NCBI GenBank assembly: GCA_041915365.1
Contig: JAYSBP010000003.1
Span: forward strand, 21,048 to 85,047
Reading direction: 5' to 3'
DNA: 64,000 nucleotides
Source of the DNA: Campylobacterales bacterium
GTDB lineage: Bacteria; Campylobacterota; Campylobacteria; Campylobacterales; UBA6016
This document shows, piece by piece, positions 1-9,818 of the stretch. The number at the start of each line of letters is the position of its first letter. Position 1 is the first letter of the stretch. The notes under the pieces are model-generated. The model ran no database searches. It had not been told where the DNA came from and was given only the letters and a program-made list of their open reading frames with translations. A program made the position numbers and the translations under genes.

Positions 1-66
1 GACGAGTATTTCAGGGTAAGCAACATACCGCTAAACGCAAAAAATATCGCTAGATATATGAAATTT

Positions 67-1293
67 TTAGCTAAACGATATTTTTGACGCCGTCCGTACT
101 AGCATACCAAAGACGATAACTTCTATAAGCACATAAGACAAAGCCGCACCGACCGAACCAAATGAAAAGGCCAAAATAGGGGTAAAAATCAATGCGGCAG
201 CGGCCGTCAATGCGTAAACTTTCGAGAGTTTTTTGGAGTGACCAAACGCCACTATCAAGTGGTTTGCCAAAAGCATATTGGCCGCAACAAGCAGTGGTCC
301 AAAAGCCATAATCATCAGTAGCTGCCCACTCTTTTGAAACTCGGAGCCCAAAATAATACCGACGACAAAATCATGCAAAACAAACATCACCAGACATCCA
401 ATGGCCATTATCGGCATGGTGTACAAAACGGCTTTTTTAAAAAATGCCAATGCGCTTTGCTTGTCGCCTACGGCAAGTGCGCTTATGCGTGGAAATATCG
501 CCGAAGATATTGGGGTAAACAAAGCCTGTGCGGCAAAGATGATTTTTTGCGCTCCGGCAAATAAACCAGTCTCACCTCTCGTGGACAAAAATCCAACGGT
601 AAGAGCCGGCAGATTGACATAAAAAGCGACCCATATATTTGCGCTAAAAAGTGGAAATGAGCCGCCAATCGCACCCTTTAACGAGGCGGCTGTCGGTCGT
701 GCAACCTTGATACCGACACTTTTTATGACGTGTAGATTTGCCAAAACCGAGAGCAAAATCCAAGATAATGCCGAGCAAGCAGGAACATACAGCAAATCAG
801 ATGGGGATGAGACAAGAATGACAGTAGAGAGTGCGGCCAAAGTCTGAGCACAAATATTAAACACCAAAAACCAAAAAGAGCGCTCAAGGCCTTGATATAG
901 CCAGCCAGGAACTAGCGTCTGCCCAGCTAAAGCAAGCCAAAAAAATAGATAGAGCCAAAATGATGAGCCGACAATAAAAGAGGCTATGAGCATTATCGGT
1001 AGCGACACGCCAAGTAAAATAAGCTTTACGCTTTGTATTGCGCTCCACAAAGTAGAGAGCCTACTGCAGTCGCTTTTGTGCTGCGATAACTCACGTACCC
1101 CCCAAAGATAAAACCCAAAATCTGCGAAAATAGCCATGTATGCAGATACCGCCCAACCAACGGCAAGCTCACCAAAAGCATTCGTACCGAGCGTTCTCGT
1201 AAGATACGGTAAAAGTAAAAAAGGGGCTATATAGCTTGAAATTTGCAAAGCCATTAACCAAGTTGCGTTTTTGGCTATTGTTGAAGGTTTCAT
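67..1293 (-). CDS. Wzx-type polysaccharide/O-unit flippase (polysaccharide biosynthesis protein family)
   Basis: 408-aa polytopic membrane ORF. N-terminus KNATWLMALQISSYIAPFLLLPYLTRTLGTNAFGE is typical of Wzx/RfbX flippases. Last complete gene of the minus-strand glycan operon. Confidence 0.7.
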   Translation of the reverse strand: MKPSTIAKNATWLMALQISSYIAPFLLLPYLTRTLGTNAFGELAVGWAVSAYMAIFADFGFYLWGVRELSQHKSDCSRLSTLWSAIQSVKLILLGVSLPIMLIASFIVGSSFWLYLFFWLALAGQTLVPGWLYQGLERSFWFLVFNICAQTLAALSTVILVSSPSDLLYVPACSALSWILLSVLANLHVIKSVGIKVARPTAASLKGAIGGSFPLFSANIWVAFYVNLPALTVGFLSTRGETGLFAGAQKIIFAAQALFTPISSAIFPRISALAVGDKQSALAFFKKAVLYTMPIMAIGCLVMFVLHDFVVGIILGSEFQKSGQLLMIMAFGPLLVAANMLLANHLIVAFGHSKKLSKVYALTAAAALIFTPILAFSFGSVGAALSYVLIEVIVFGMLVRTASKISFS

Positions 1294-1337
1294 CGACTAG
1301 GCATATAGATGTTTTATACCAGAAGGTATTATATTTA

Positions 1338-2777
1338 TCAATATGCCCCCTCCCTCTTTAAAACAACTTTTACTGTTTTGAATAAAATAATTATGTCAAG
1401 CCACAACGACCAATTGAGGACATACCAAGTGTCCATCTTTATCCTAAAATCATAGTTTGTATCACTTCTTCCACTTACTTGCCACAAACCAGTTATCCCC
1501 GGTTTGACAGCAAAATAATATTCTGCATAATCCTTATAGTACTCTTTTATTTCCTCTTGCACAACGGGCCTAGGGCCAACCAAGCTCATATCACCACGCA
1601 AAACATTGAATATCTGCGGCAGTTCGTCTAAGCTAGTCTTGCGTAAAAAATCTCCAACTTTTGTAACACGAGGATCGTTTTTTAGTTTAAAAGAGCTTTC
1701 CCACTCCTCTTTTGCCTTTGGGTCTGTAGACAGTATATGCTCCAGACGCTCTTTTGAGTCTTTGTGCATACTGCGAAACTTAAATACTCCAAATCTCCGA
1801 CCACCCTCCCCTATCCTGACATGCGAATAAAATATCTGCCCACTAGAATCAAGCTTGATGAGTAGCCCAAAAATTCCAATAACTGGCAGTAAAATAGGCA
1901 TCATGAGTATTGATATGGAAATATCAAATATTCGTTTGATTGCGATATTAAAGCCAAACTCAAGATTGTTTTTTATATTCATCAAAAATAGTTTTTCATT
2001 AAATAAACTATACATTTCAGTATTGCTGAGCGCAACATCATTTAGATGCGGAATCAAAATAATTTTTTTAACTATCTTATGCACTGAATTTACTATCTCA
2101 GACAACTTATCAGGTGACAGCTTTGGCATTGCCACTAAAACAGTATCTACGCCGACTATGCCGACAAACTTGCGCAGACTTTTTATGCGCCCCAATACTT
2201 TAATCTGCCTATTTCCGATGGCTATCTTGTCGCCTATCTTTGATGCATCGTCATCAAGGAAGCCAATAACTGCATACCCCATATACCATTGCGCAAAAAT
2301 TCCATTGGCGGCAGATATCCCCGACTCTCCAGCACCGATAATGACGATGTTGGTACGCCAAATGCCTATTATGTATAGTAGCTTTTTACCAAACAATCTA
2401 ACAAGCGGGAATATAATGACAGCAATAGTCAGGAACAGAACAAGCGTTAATCTAGATACACTGCCGCCTAGCTTTGCCAGGGTAACAATCGAAAAAGCTA
2501 TCAAGACGCCGAATATCAGTGCGCCGATCATTCGTTTGGTCTCATCCCAAAACGGCATTCTCTTTGTATATAATCCAGCGTTTACAAACAACATAAAAAA
2601 CAATACATACACCCACAAAGCTTGTGTAAGCATCTTTGAATGTAGATGAAATTCCGGCATAAGTTGAAAAAAATAGCCGCTAACCATCCTAAGGGCTATA
2701 GCTAAAAGCATGGAAAAAAAGAACGAAAACATATCAAGTATGAATAAGGCAAATATTGTGGTTAATTTCTTTTTCAT
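1338..2777 (-). CDS. Polyprenyl-phosphate sugar-1-phosphate transferase (WbaP-like bacterial sugar transferase), initiating enzyme
   Basis: 479 aa with N-terminal TM helices and a C-terminal sugar-transferase domain carrying DELPQIFNVLRGDMSLVGPRP and KPGITGLWQVSGR motifs. Confidence 0.88.
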   Translation of the reverse strand: MKKKLTTIFALFILDMFSFFFSMLLAIALRMVSGYFFQLMPEFHLHSKMLTQALWVYVLFFMLFVNAGLYTKRMPFWDETKRMIGALIFGVLIAFSIVTLAKLGGSVSRLTLVLFLTIAVIIFPLVRLFGKKLLYIIGIWRTNIVIIGAGESGISAANGIFAQWYMGYAVIGFLDDDASKIGDKIAIGNRQIKVLGRIKSLRKFVGIVGVDTVLVAMPKLSPDKLSEIVNSVHKIVKKIILIPHLNDVALSNTEMYSLFNEKLFLMNIKNNLEFGFNIAIKRIFDISISILMMPILLPVIGIFGLLIKLDSSGQIFYSHVRIGEGGRRFGVFKFRSMHKDSKERLEHILSTDPKAKEEWESSFKLKNDPRVTKVGDFLRKTSLDELPQIFNVLRGDMSLVGPRPVVQEEIKEYYKDYAEYYFAVKPGITGLWQVSGRSDTNYDFRIKMDTWYVLNWSLWLDIIILFKTVKVVLKREGAY

Positions 2778-3027
2778 AGGCTTCTTTATCTAAAAATCAA
2801 CGACTGCGCCACCAACCGTGATGCATGCTCAGCTTTTTTGTCAGCCAAAACGGCTATACGCAAAATTTTTTTATTGATAGACATGCATGACCTTTAGTGT
2901 ATTTGTCAACTTCGCCATTTATTAGACCACTGCCAAACCGACATTTTCTAGGATTGATTATAGTATTCGAGGACTTTTGTTGGTTTAGATTGCCCAAGGT
3001 TTTTTCATAATGAAATTATATCCAAGT

Positions 3028-3642
3028 TTATGTATTTTTAATTCCACGTAATACAGACTCGCGAAAAAAAGCGCTAAAAATACCTATTATCAGCCCAACA
3101 ATAAATCCAGACACAATAATTAGACCTTTTTTAGGTTTGATCGGACCATTTCCGATCTGTATCTCACCGATCACTTGAGTCATACGGATTTTGGCATTGT
3201 TGTTTTGATAAAGCTTAGCTTTTTCCTGATGACGTGATAGGATGAAATCGACACTTTTTTGGAGCTTTGGTTTGATTTCGGCAATATTTCCAGTTTCCAT
3301 TGAAATACGGAGTATGTTATTGGTTCCGTTTGGAATCTCCACACTGAGTCCAATATTTTGCTGCACAATCTCTTTGAGATTATTGATATTATCCAGATTA
3401 AAAATTGTTGTAGGCTGATTATTATTGACAACCTGATTATTATTGACAACCTCACCTACTTCCAGTAGAACTTCTCCTCGATAAATCGGCTTTGCGGTAT
3501 AAGCATAGAATGCAGCAGAAAGGGTTACGATTGACACCATCAACAAAATGGTCGTTTTGCGTCTAACGAGCGTTGCCCAAAGTTCTCTTAGGTCTATCTC
3601 GTCTTCTTTAATACATCGAGGGTGAATATTTTGCTTATTCAT
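3028..3642 (-). CDS. Short Wzz-like chain-length-determinant protein
   Basis: 204 aa. An N-terminal Wzz-like segment (DEIDLRELWATLVRRKTTILLMVSIV, TM) and a C-terminal TM (GLIIVSGFIVGLIIGIF) frame a periplasmic segment. Much shorter than classical Wzz. 8-nt overlap with the upstream GT2. Confidence 0.55.
   Translation of the reverse strand: MNKQNIHPRCIKEDEIDLRELWATLVRRKTTILLMVSIVTLSAAFYAYTAKPIYRGEVLLEVGEVVNNNQVVNNNQPTTIFNLDNINNLKEIVQQNIGLSVEIPNGTNNILRISMETGNIAEIKPKLQKSVDFILSRHQEKAKLYQNNNAKIRMTQVIGEIQIGNGPIKPKKGLIIVSGFIVGLIIGIFSAFFRESVLRGIKNT
3415..3450 (-). repeat. Perfect 18-bp x2 in-frame tandem duplication inside the wzz-like gene
   Basis: Plus-strand ctgattattattgacaac occurs twice back to back (3415-3432, 3433-3450), encoding VVNNNQ-VVNNNQ. 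Confidence 0.95.
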
Positions 3643-4570
3643 TATTTTCCTTTTTTATGTGTAATCGATTCCACCATTTATGATGCATACTGAACTTTTT
3701 AATGATCCACATCGGTAGCTTTTCATATTTTTGTCCAAGCTTATAGCCTAAATATTTCATACCATTTCTTATGAACCACTCTGGAAGCAAATACCATGCA
3801 TTATTCTGCAACAAATATTTTATTTCTGATTTTATGTACTTGACACCTTCACCTTCAGCTTTTCCAAAACTTTCAAGTATCCAACTCTCGCTTTTATGGA
3901 ATACTCCTATGTCAAAATATCGTTTAAACTCTTGCCATACAGTATAACCATGAGAATGGTACACTTTTGCTTCAGCAACGTATGCGAGTTTATATCCAGC
4001 CAGTATCATTTTAGCTCCCGCATAAGTATCTTCTCCAAGTATCAATCCATCTTTGAACCAGCCGATCGTTTTCAATGCAGTTTTGCGATATGCTGCAAAA
4101 CTATCAGATAAAAATGCTGTTTTGATACCGTATTTTGAAATATCACCCTTGTCTCTTATGTATGAAGCATTTCCATAATTAAACTCTCGCAAATGTTTTC
4201 CAAAAAGATTAGTATCCTCATAACTTAGTTGCCTTCCATAAGCTGCGCCAACCTTTTCATCTTCAAAAACATTGATCATATTTTTTATGGTATTGTCATC
4301 GTATGGCAAAACATCTTGAGTGAGAAACACGAGTATCTCACCAGTTGCTATTTGAGCGGCTTTTGCCCTAGTACCACCATGGTCAAACTCACTTTGAGGT
4401 ATTACAATGATATTGTCCGTAAACTCTTTGGCTATCTCTATTGTTTTATCTTGAGAAGATGAATCTATGATGAGAAGCTCATACTCTTTTATAGATTGAT
4501 TTTTTATCTTTTCCAAAAGAATTGATAGATAGTTTTGAGCATTGTATGTTGGAATTATTATTGAAATCAT
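3635..4570 (-). CDS. Glycosyltransferase family 2 (GT-A)
   Basis: N-terminal ISIIIPTYNAQNYLSILL...YELLIIDSSSQDKT pattern typical of GT2 enzymes. Confidence 0.8.
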   Translation of the reverse strand: MISIIIPTYNAQNYLSILLEKIKNQSIKEYELLIIDSSSQDKTIEIAKEFTDNIIVIPQSEFDHGGTRAKAAQIATGEILVFLTQDVLPYDDNTIKNMINVFEDEKVGAAYGRQLSYEDTNLFGKHLREFNYGNASYIRDKGDISKYGIKTAFLSDSFAAYRKTALKTIGWFKDGLILGEDTYAGAKMILAGYKLAYVAEAKVYHSHGYTVWQEFKRYFDIGVFHKSESWILESFGKAEGEGVKYIKSEIKYLLQNNAWYLLPEWFIRNGMKYLGYKLGQKYEKLPMWIIKKFSMHHKWWNRLHIKKENNE

Positions 4571-4580
4571 CTGTCAACTC

Positions 4581-5765
4581 TTACCATTGGTTATGCACAG
4601 ATTTCACACTAAATAAATAAAAGAATATAAAAAACCAAAAAAAGAAATGAACATAATTCGGTTCAAGATTATAGTTCACTATAAAAATGATAAATGAAAG
4701 CTTTATGTAAAGAAATTCAAAATTTCTCAAAAATGCTTTATTTATTTTAATATAAATATCTAACATTAAAACGACTAAACTTCCTAAAACAACAATACCA
4801 TAATCTGAATAAAGCTCTAAAAATAAATTATGCACTGTAGCGTCACTCAATATTGCCACATTATTAAATGTATTCACCTGAAAAAAATGCTGAATAATTT
4901 GTGCATTCGTTTTAATTCCAGAACCAAGCAACCAATGCCAATCTTCTAGAGATGCTTGTTGTGTAGCAATAATATACAACCACCGATTAAAATCTGAAAC
5001 ATTATTATAGTTTTCTCCAAAAGGATTTAATTTCATAAAATAATAATTGATAAGGTTGGGATTCACATCATAAATGATCATAATTAAAAAAACAATTATC
5101 ATGAATAAAATAATAATTTTTTTAAACGACAATTTTGATCTATAGATAATTCCATAACTCAAAAGAATTGCTAGCAATGCACCACGTGAACCCAAAATAA
5201 AAATAGTAAACAGAAAAAAGAATTGAAAGAATATTCTCAAAAAACGTTCTTTGACAAAATGAATCAAAGGAAATATAATACTGAGTTGCATAGCAAAAAA
5301 TGTTGGAAAATCTGAATAGGAAAAGATTTGCAATCCTCCATACCACTGAGATGAAATAGTAAAATAAGACATAAAAATATGTGGTAACGTCATATAAACG
5401 ATCAATCTAGCTATCAAATCATAAGTAATTCGATAATATAATAGAAAATAAAAAATCGAATAAGAAGTGAAAAATATAAATAAGAAATAATAAAAATAAA
5501 TACTAAATATGCTTTTGTTTAGTACAGAAATAAATATGAGTATGAAAAGAAAAAGTAATGTAGATGCATAGTATAAAACAAAATTTTGTTTTTTCAATAT
5601 TACTAATACAAAAAAGCTAATAAAACACCCACCCACAATAAAATGTGGTACTCGTAATTTAAACCCGAAATCAATAGAAATCAAATATTGAAAAGTTAAA
5701 AAAAGAGTAAATAACGCAAAGCCAAAAAGAATTAAGTTACGATTTGATTGGAATGCAGCTTTCAT
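4581..5765 (-). CDS. Candidate O-antigen polymerase (Wzy-like polytopic membrane protein)
   Basis: 394 aa, about 10 or more hydrophobic helices, no soluble domain, extremely AT-rich and F/I/L/Y-rich. Sits among GTs in a Wzx/Wzz-containing cluster. No diagnostic motif, so the call is positional. Confidence 0.5.
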   Translation of the reverse strand: MKAAFQSNRNLILFGFALFTLFLTFQYLISIDFGFKLRVPHFIVGGCFISFFVLVILKKQNFVLYYASTLLFLFILIFISVLNKSIFSIYFYYFLFIFFTSYSIFYFLLYYRITYDLIARLIVYMTLPHIFMSYFTISSQWYGGLQIFSYSDFPTFFAMQLSIIFPLIHFVKERFLRIFFQFFFLFTIFILGSRGALLAILLSYGIIYRSKLSFKKIIILFMIIVFLIMIIYDVNPNLINYYFMKLNPFGENYNNVSDFNRWLYIIATQQASLEDWHWLLGSGIKTNAQIIQHFFQVNTFNNVAILSDATVHNLFLELYSDYGIVVLGSLVVLMLDIYIKINKAFLRNFEFLYIKLSFIIFIVNYNLEPNYVHFFFWFFIFFYLFSVKSVHNQW

Positions 5766-6802
5766 AAATAGTTCTTAAAATGCTTGAAAGCACAAATTTG
5801 TAAATTGTCGTGAACTATCCCCTCCGCACCAATAGGTGTAGAGATCACCGGAATACCCGCTTCGAGCATCTCTAGCGTTTTTACTTTTATCCCCGCTCCT
5901 GATAGTAGAGGCACTATGCCGTATTTAACTTTGACAAAATATTCACTAGGATCGTCGACGAAACCGGTGACGGTTATATGGTTATTTTGGAGTTTTTGAA
6001 CTTCAGGAGTTGGATTGGCTCCGACTATATAGAGTTTATAGTGGTTTTTGAGTAAAAAATCGTTGTAATGTTTCACGAAATGTAGTATTGCATCGGCATT
6101 TTCTCGTCGGTTCATGGCCCCCCAAAATAATAGAGCGTGTTCGGACGAATGGTTTTTCCGCACTGTTTTTACGGAGTAGATAAAATCGCATAAATAAGGA
6201 GTTTTTACAATGATTTTTGAGTCGGCGATATTATACAAAGCTGAGAGGAGTTCTTTGTCTTTTGTATTTTGAACAATGACTTCATTGGCTAGTGCATAAA
6301 TCTCTTTTTCAAATTGAAACGTTTTGATAGTGTCAAAGGATTGAATGATAGAGGCGGCATCTCGCAGTGAAGATTGGATTAAGATATCGTGACTGCTAAT
6401 AACAATCTTTTTATTTTTGATTTCACTTGGACCCAATAGTCGAAGATAGATGGCAGCGTGGGTAAATTCAAAATGGATGGTGTCATAGTTTTGACTATGT
6501 TGAAGGAGCCATTGATGGATAGTTTTGTTGTAACGTGTAGAGGGTTTGAGCGGAAACAGGTGCTTTGAGCGAAGCACATTGAATAATTTTTTTATAGGTG
6601 TGAGTTCGGACGTCAAAACGACATTTACATTGGAGAAGGGTTCAAAACCGCCAATGAATTCGTCTTTATTGGCTGTAATGATTACATCTACCGAATCATT
6701 GTTCTCAGAGTATTCCTGTAAAAATTTATAGGCTGTTTTATGCCCTGCATATTTTGCTTTCAAACTCGGGAAATGGGCACTTACAAAAAGAATCTTAGCC
6801 AT
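5762..6802 (-). CDS. Glycosyltransferase family 4 (GT-B, GT1 superfamily)
   Basis: C-terminal GT-B pattern GIVPLLSGAGIKVKTLEMLEAGIPVISTPIGAEG. The ORF-track start (6934) lies inside the upstream gene. The ATG at 6802 (MAKILFVSAHF) gives an 8-nt overlap with the upstream stop. Confidence 0.7.
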   Translation of the reverse strand: MAKILFVSAHFPSLKAKYAGHKTAYKFLQEYSENNDSVDVIITANKDEFIGGFEPFSNVNVVLTSELTPIKKLFNVLRSKHLFPLKPSTRYNKTIHQWLLQHSQNYDTIHFEFTHAAIYLRLLGPSEIKNKKIVISSHDILIQSSLRDAASIIQSFDTIKTFQFEKEIYALANEVIVQNTKDKELLSALYNIADSKIIVKTPYLCDFIYSVKTVRKNHSSEHALLFWGAMNRRENADAILHFVKHYNDFLLKNHYKLYIVGANPTPEVQKLQNNHITVTGFVDDPSEYFVKVKYGIVPLLSGAGIKVKTLEMLEAGIPVISTPIGAEGIVHDNLQICAFKHFKNYL

Positions 6803-7817
6803 TGATATGTTCTTTGAACGCTTGTAAAATTCTTTCTGCGGTGATGGATGAGTTATCTGCATCTTTTGCATAGTTGCAATAATCCGAAGAGGTAGAGATG
6901 ATTTTGACTCCTGAACCGAATGTGCCGATTTCATCGGCTGATGTTGGGGCGAAAAAGCTTAAATTCTTTTTTCGTTGAGCAATTGCTAAATGAAGTGCCA
7001 AGCTATCACTCGTGATGATATAATCCATTGCTCTGACGATGGCTGCGAACTCTAAAATTGTATTTTTTGTACCTGCATCCTTCAGTCGTTCAGAAGAGGT
7101 ATTCGAAATTATCTGCCGATGACGTTCTTGCTCCTCAACCCCTCCTAAAAGATATATAAAAGTTTTTTTACCGTTTATCTCACTATCCAAGAGATGATTG
7201 ATGAGGATAATAGTTTGTTCGATAGGAAGTTTCTTTGACTCCCATCGTCCTCCTGAACCTGAATTGATCCCGATTAAAAAATATTTTGGATTTGAAACGA
7301 TACGATGCATTTGCTCTTCAAGGATGTACGAATTGAAAAAGAGTGGAGAATCGATTGTGATACCAAGCATTTTTGCAAATATTTCATTATGCTCTAACTG
7401 GTTTTCTTTTTTTAGTGCATCGGCTTTTTCTTTTCCGTGTATTGACAATAATCCCATATCAAACCATAATTTACTATCTTGTGAATAAACCCGTTCATTC
7501 GAGTTATTTTTTAGATATGCACCAAAAATTTGTTTTGTCTTAATATCCTGTAAGATTTGTAACACTTCTAATTCATCATCAAGGGATATTACAAAATCAT
7601 AACTATTTTCCTTTATCTTACTTAACAAAAAATCTTTTGTAGCAAGTGTATTTATATATGGATTAAATCTCAGTAAATCAAAAGCTCCATTACTTGTCAA
7701 CCAATCAATTTGTAAATTTTGATATTTTTCATATAAACCTTTTAAAATATATGTAGTACGAACTACATCTCCAAGTGCTCCAAATTTTATTATTAAAATT
7801 TTATAATTTTGTACCAT
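6795..7817 (-). CDS. Glycosyltransferase family 9 (heptosyltransferase family)
   Basis: N-terminal KILIIKFGALGDVVRTTYILKGL and C-terminal YIITSDSLALHLAIA motifs characteristic of GT9. Confidence 0.75.
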   Translation of the reverse strand: MVQNYKILIIKFGALGDVVRTTYILKGLYEKYQNLQIDWLTSNGAFDLLRFNPYINTLATKDFLLSKIKENSYDFVISLDDELEVLQILQDIKTKQIFGAYLKNNSNERVYSQDSKLWFDMGLLSIHGKEKADALKKENQLEHNEIFAKMLGITIDSPLFFNSYILEEQMHRIVSNPKYFLIGINSGSGGRWESKKLPIEQTIILINHLLDSEINGKKTFIYLLGGVEEQERHRQIISNTSSERLKDAGTKNTILEFAAIVRAMDYIITSDSLALHLAIAQRKKNLSFFAPTSADEIGTFGSGVKIISTSSDYCNYAKDADNSSITAERILQAFKEHING

Positions 7818-8691
7818 TAATAAATCCTTTTTCAGATATCAATACTTGTTTAAATGTTAATCTTCCTAATATAAACTTTAATATAAACTTTAATTGAAAG
7901 AATATGTAAGAATAGAATTTAAATAATGGAAAATACTTTTTATTAAAATAAACTAAATTTCTACTCATATAAAATAGACTAAACTCACTCAAATTTCCAC
8001 CAGTTGAACTACTAACTTTATGCCATAGTTTTGTTATTGGAGAATACATTAATTTAATATTTTTCTGTTTAGCTCGATAACAAAAATCAGCATCATCAGA
8101 ATATACAAAATATTTTTCATCCATTAAACCTATTTTTTCAAATACATCAGATTTTATTAACATACAACAAGTTGGTGCATAATCTACTAATTGTTGTGAA
8201 TCATATTTTCCATTGTCTATTTCATTTTCCCCATAATGCCTTGTATTCCAACCTCTTTGTGGCAAAAAAAAACCACCGGCACACCATAATTTTGTAGGTT
8301 CATCAAAATAATACATTTTCGGAATTACCATAGAAACTTGATTATCTATTAGTGAAAGGAATAACTTTTCCAATAAATTATTTTCAAACTCAACATCATT
8401 ATTTAACAATAATACATACTCGCACCCAGCATTAAGAGATAACTCAATTCCCTGATTATTTCCTTTTGCAACCCCTAAGTTTGCATTATTATAGATAAAT
8501 TCTGAAGGTATATTATAATATTCGGCTAATCTTTTTGCTTCATTCAAAGCTATTTCATTTGGTGAATTATCTATTACATATAGTATGTAGTTTTTATAAG
8601 TTTGTTTTGCAAGGCTTTCAAAAAAACCTTCTAAAACTTCTACTCCATTATAAAGAACAGTTACAAGACCTATTTTTGGTTCATTGTTCAC
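7801..8691 (-). CDS. Glycosyltransferase family 2
   Basis: IGLVTVLYNGVEVLEGFFESLAKQTYKNYILYVIDNSP N-terminus and a YSDDADF DxD-type motif. Confidence 0.8.
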   Translation of the reverse strand: MNNEPKIGLVTVLYNGVEVLEGFFESLAKQTYKNYILYVIDNSPNEIALNEAKRLAEYYNIPSEFIYNNANLGVAKGNNQGIELSLNAGCEYVLLLNNDVEFENNLLEKLFLSLIDNQVSMVIPKMYYFDEPTKLWCAGGFFLPQRGWNTRHYGENEIDNGKYDSQQLVDYAPTCCMLIKSDVFEKIGLMDEKYFVYSDDADFCYRAKQKNIKLMYSPITKLWHKVSSSTGGNLSEFSLFYMSRNLVYFNKKYFPLFKFYSYIFFQLKFILKFILGRLTFKQVLISEKGFINGTKL

Positions 8692-9818
8692 TTATACAAT
8701 CCTTTCTCTTTCATTTCCTCTATACTTGATTGATATTTATCTTCTACTACTTCTTGTTCATTTACCCAAGAAGTAAATCTTTTGATACCTTCTTCAAAAT
8801 TCACTTTTGGTTCAAACCCAAGTTTAAATTTGATTTTAGTAAGATCAGCATAATTATCTCGAATATCTCCAAGTCTATAATTTCCTGAAATAGTGATTTT
8901 TGAACTACTATCATATGCTTTAACCAGTGTATCTGCTACTGTATTTACATCTATAGCTTCTCCAAGTCCTACATTAAATACTTCATAATTTGCTTCATCT
9001 TTTTCTATGCCCAAAATAGTAGCTTCCACCACATCATCTACATAAACAAAATCACGGCTTTCTTTGCCATCTTCAAAGATATTGATATCGTTTCCATTTT
9101 TAATACGGGTAGAGAAAATAGAAAGTATCCCCGTGTAAGGATTACTCAGAGATTGACCTGCACCATACACATTTTGGTATCTAAATGCAACTGCTGGGAT
9201 ACTCAGAGATTTTCCCATGACCATAAACATCTGCTCTTGGACTTGCTTTGTGATGCCGTAGATAGAGCTTGGATGTATTTTACTTGTCTCATCCGTAGCT
9301 AGAAGTTTTGTATCAGTTCCGCACATTGGACACTTGACAGCAAAATCACCTTTTGACATATCTTCATCTTTTCGCTCATTTGGATAGACAACACCACATT
9401 TTGGACAATCATATTTCCCTTCACCATAAATTGAACGAGAAGAAGCAATAATCATCTTTTTTACACTATGTTTTTCATTTGCTAAGATATCCAAGAATAT
9501 TGAAGTACCTTTGATATTTACATCTGTATATTTTTCTATCTCATACATAGATTGACCTGTGCCTGTTTCAGCGGCTAGATGGACAACTACATCTACACCA
9601 TCAAGTGCTTTTTTCCAGTCATCATAACTTAAAACTGTCCCTTTGATGAAATTTACTTTATCTTTTATGCTTTCATAAAGCAGTGAATATTCACCATGTA
9701 TCTGGGGGGAAAGATTATCTAAAACTGTGACTTCATAACCTTTTTCGATCAGCTTTAAGCTGAGGTTTGAGCCTATAAATCCTGCTCCACCTGTTATTAA
9801 AATCTTCTTATAAGTCAT
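8688..9818 (-). CDS. NAD-dependent sugar epimerase/dehydratase (extended SDR) with inserted Cys4 zinc-ribbon-like element
   Basis: Rossmann motif TGGAGFIGSNL and catalytic YGITK (YxxxK). A CPKC...CPMC insert lies between the catalytic Ser region and YxxxK. Confidence 0.8.
   Translation of the reverse strand: MTYKKILITGGAGFIGSNLSLKLIEKGYEVTVLDNLSPQIHGEYSLLYESIKDKVNFIKGTVLSYDDWKKALDGVDVVVHLAAETGTGQSMYEIEKYTDVNIKGTSIFLDILANEKHSVKKMIIASSRSIYGEGKYDCPKCGVVYPNERKDEDMSKGDFAVKCPMCGTDTKLLATDETSKIHPSSIYGITKQVQEQMFMVMGKSLSIPAVAFRYQNVYGAGQSLSNPYTGILSIFSTRIKNGNDINIFEDGKESRDFVYVDDVVEATILGIEKDEANYEVFNVGLGEAIDVNTVADTLVKAYDSSSKITISGNYRLGDIRDNYADLTKIKFKLGFEPKVNFEEGIKRFTSWVNEQEVVEDKYQSSIEEMKEKGLYK

Noticed and set aside
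1-26. Possible start of a further minus-strand gene (ATG at 26-24, MLLTLKYS...) downstream of wzx
   Set aside because: Only 8 codons are visible before the window edge and the RBS is weak, so it cannot be supported.
1855-2649. 264-aa plus-strand ORF antisense to wbaP
   Set aside because: It lies entirely inside a gene with strong family motifs on the other strand. Its product is low-complexity (I/S/F/N-rich) with no motif. It is a typical shadow ORF.
8264-8272. A9/T9 homopolymers inside glycosyltransferase and ugd genes as phase-variation switches (for example 8264-8272, 33247-33255, and others near 37725 and 41766)
   Set aside because: A/T runs of this length are expected by chance in AT-rich, lysine- and phenylalanine-rich coding sequence. 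They are not the tract type associated with phase variation in Campylobacter-like genomes.
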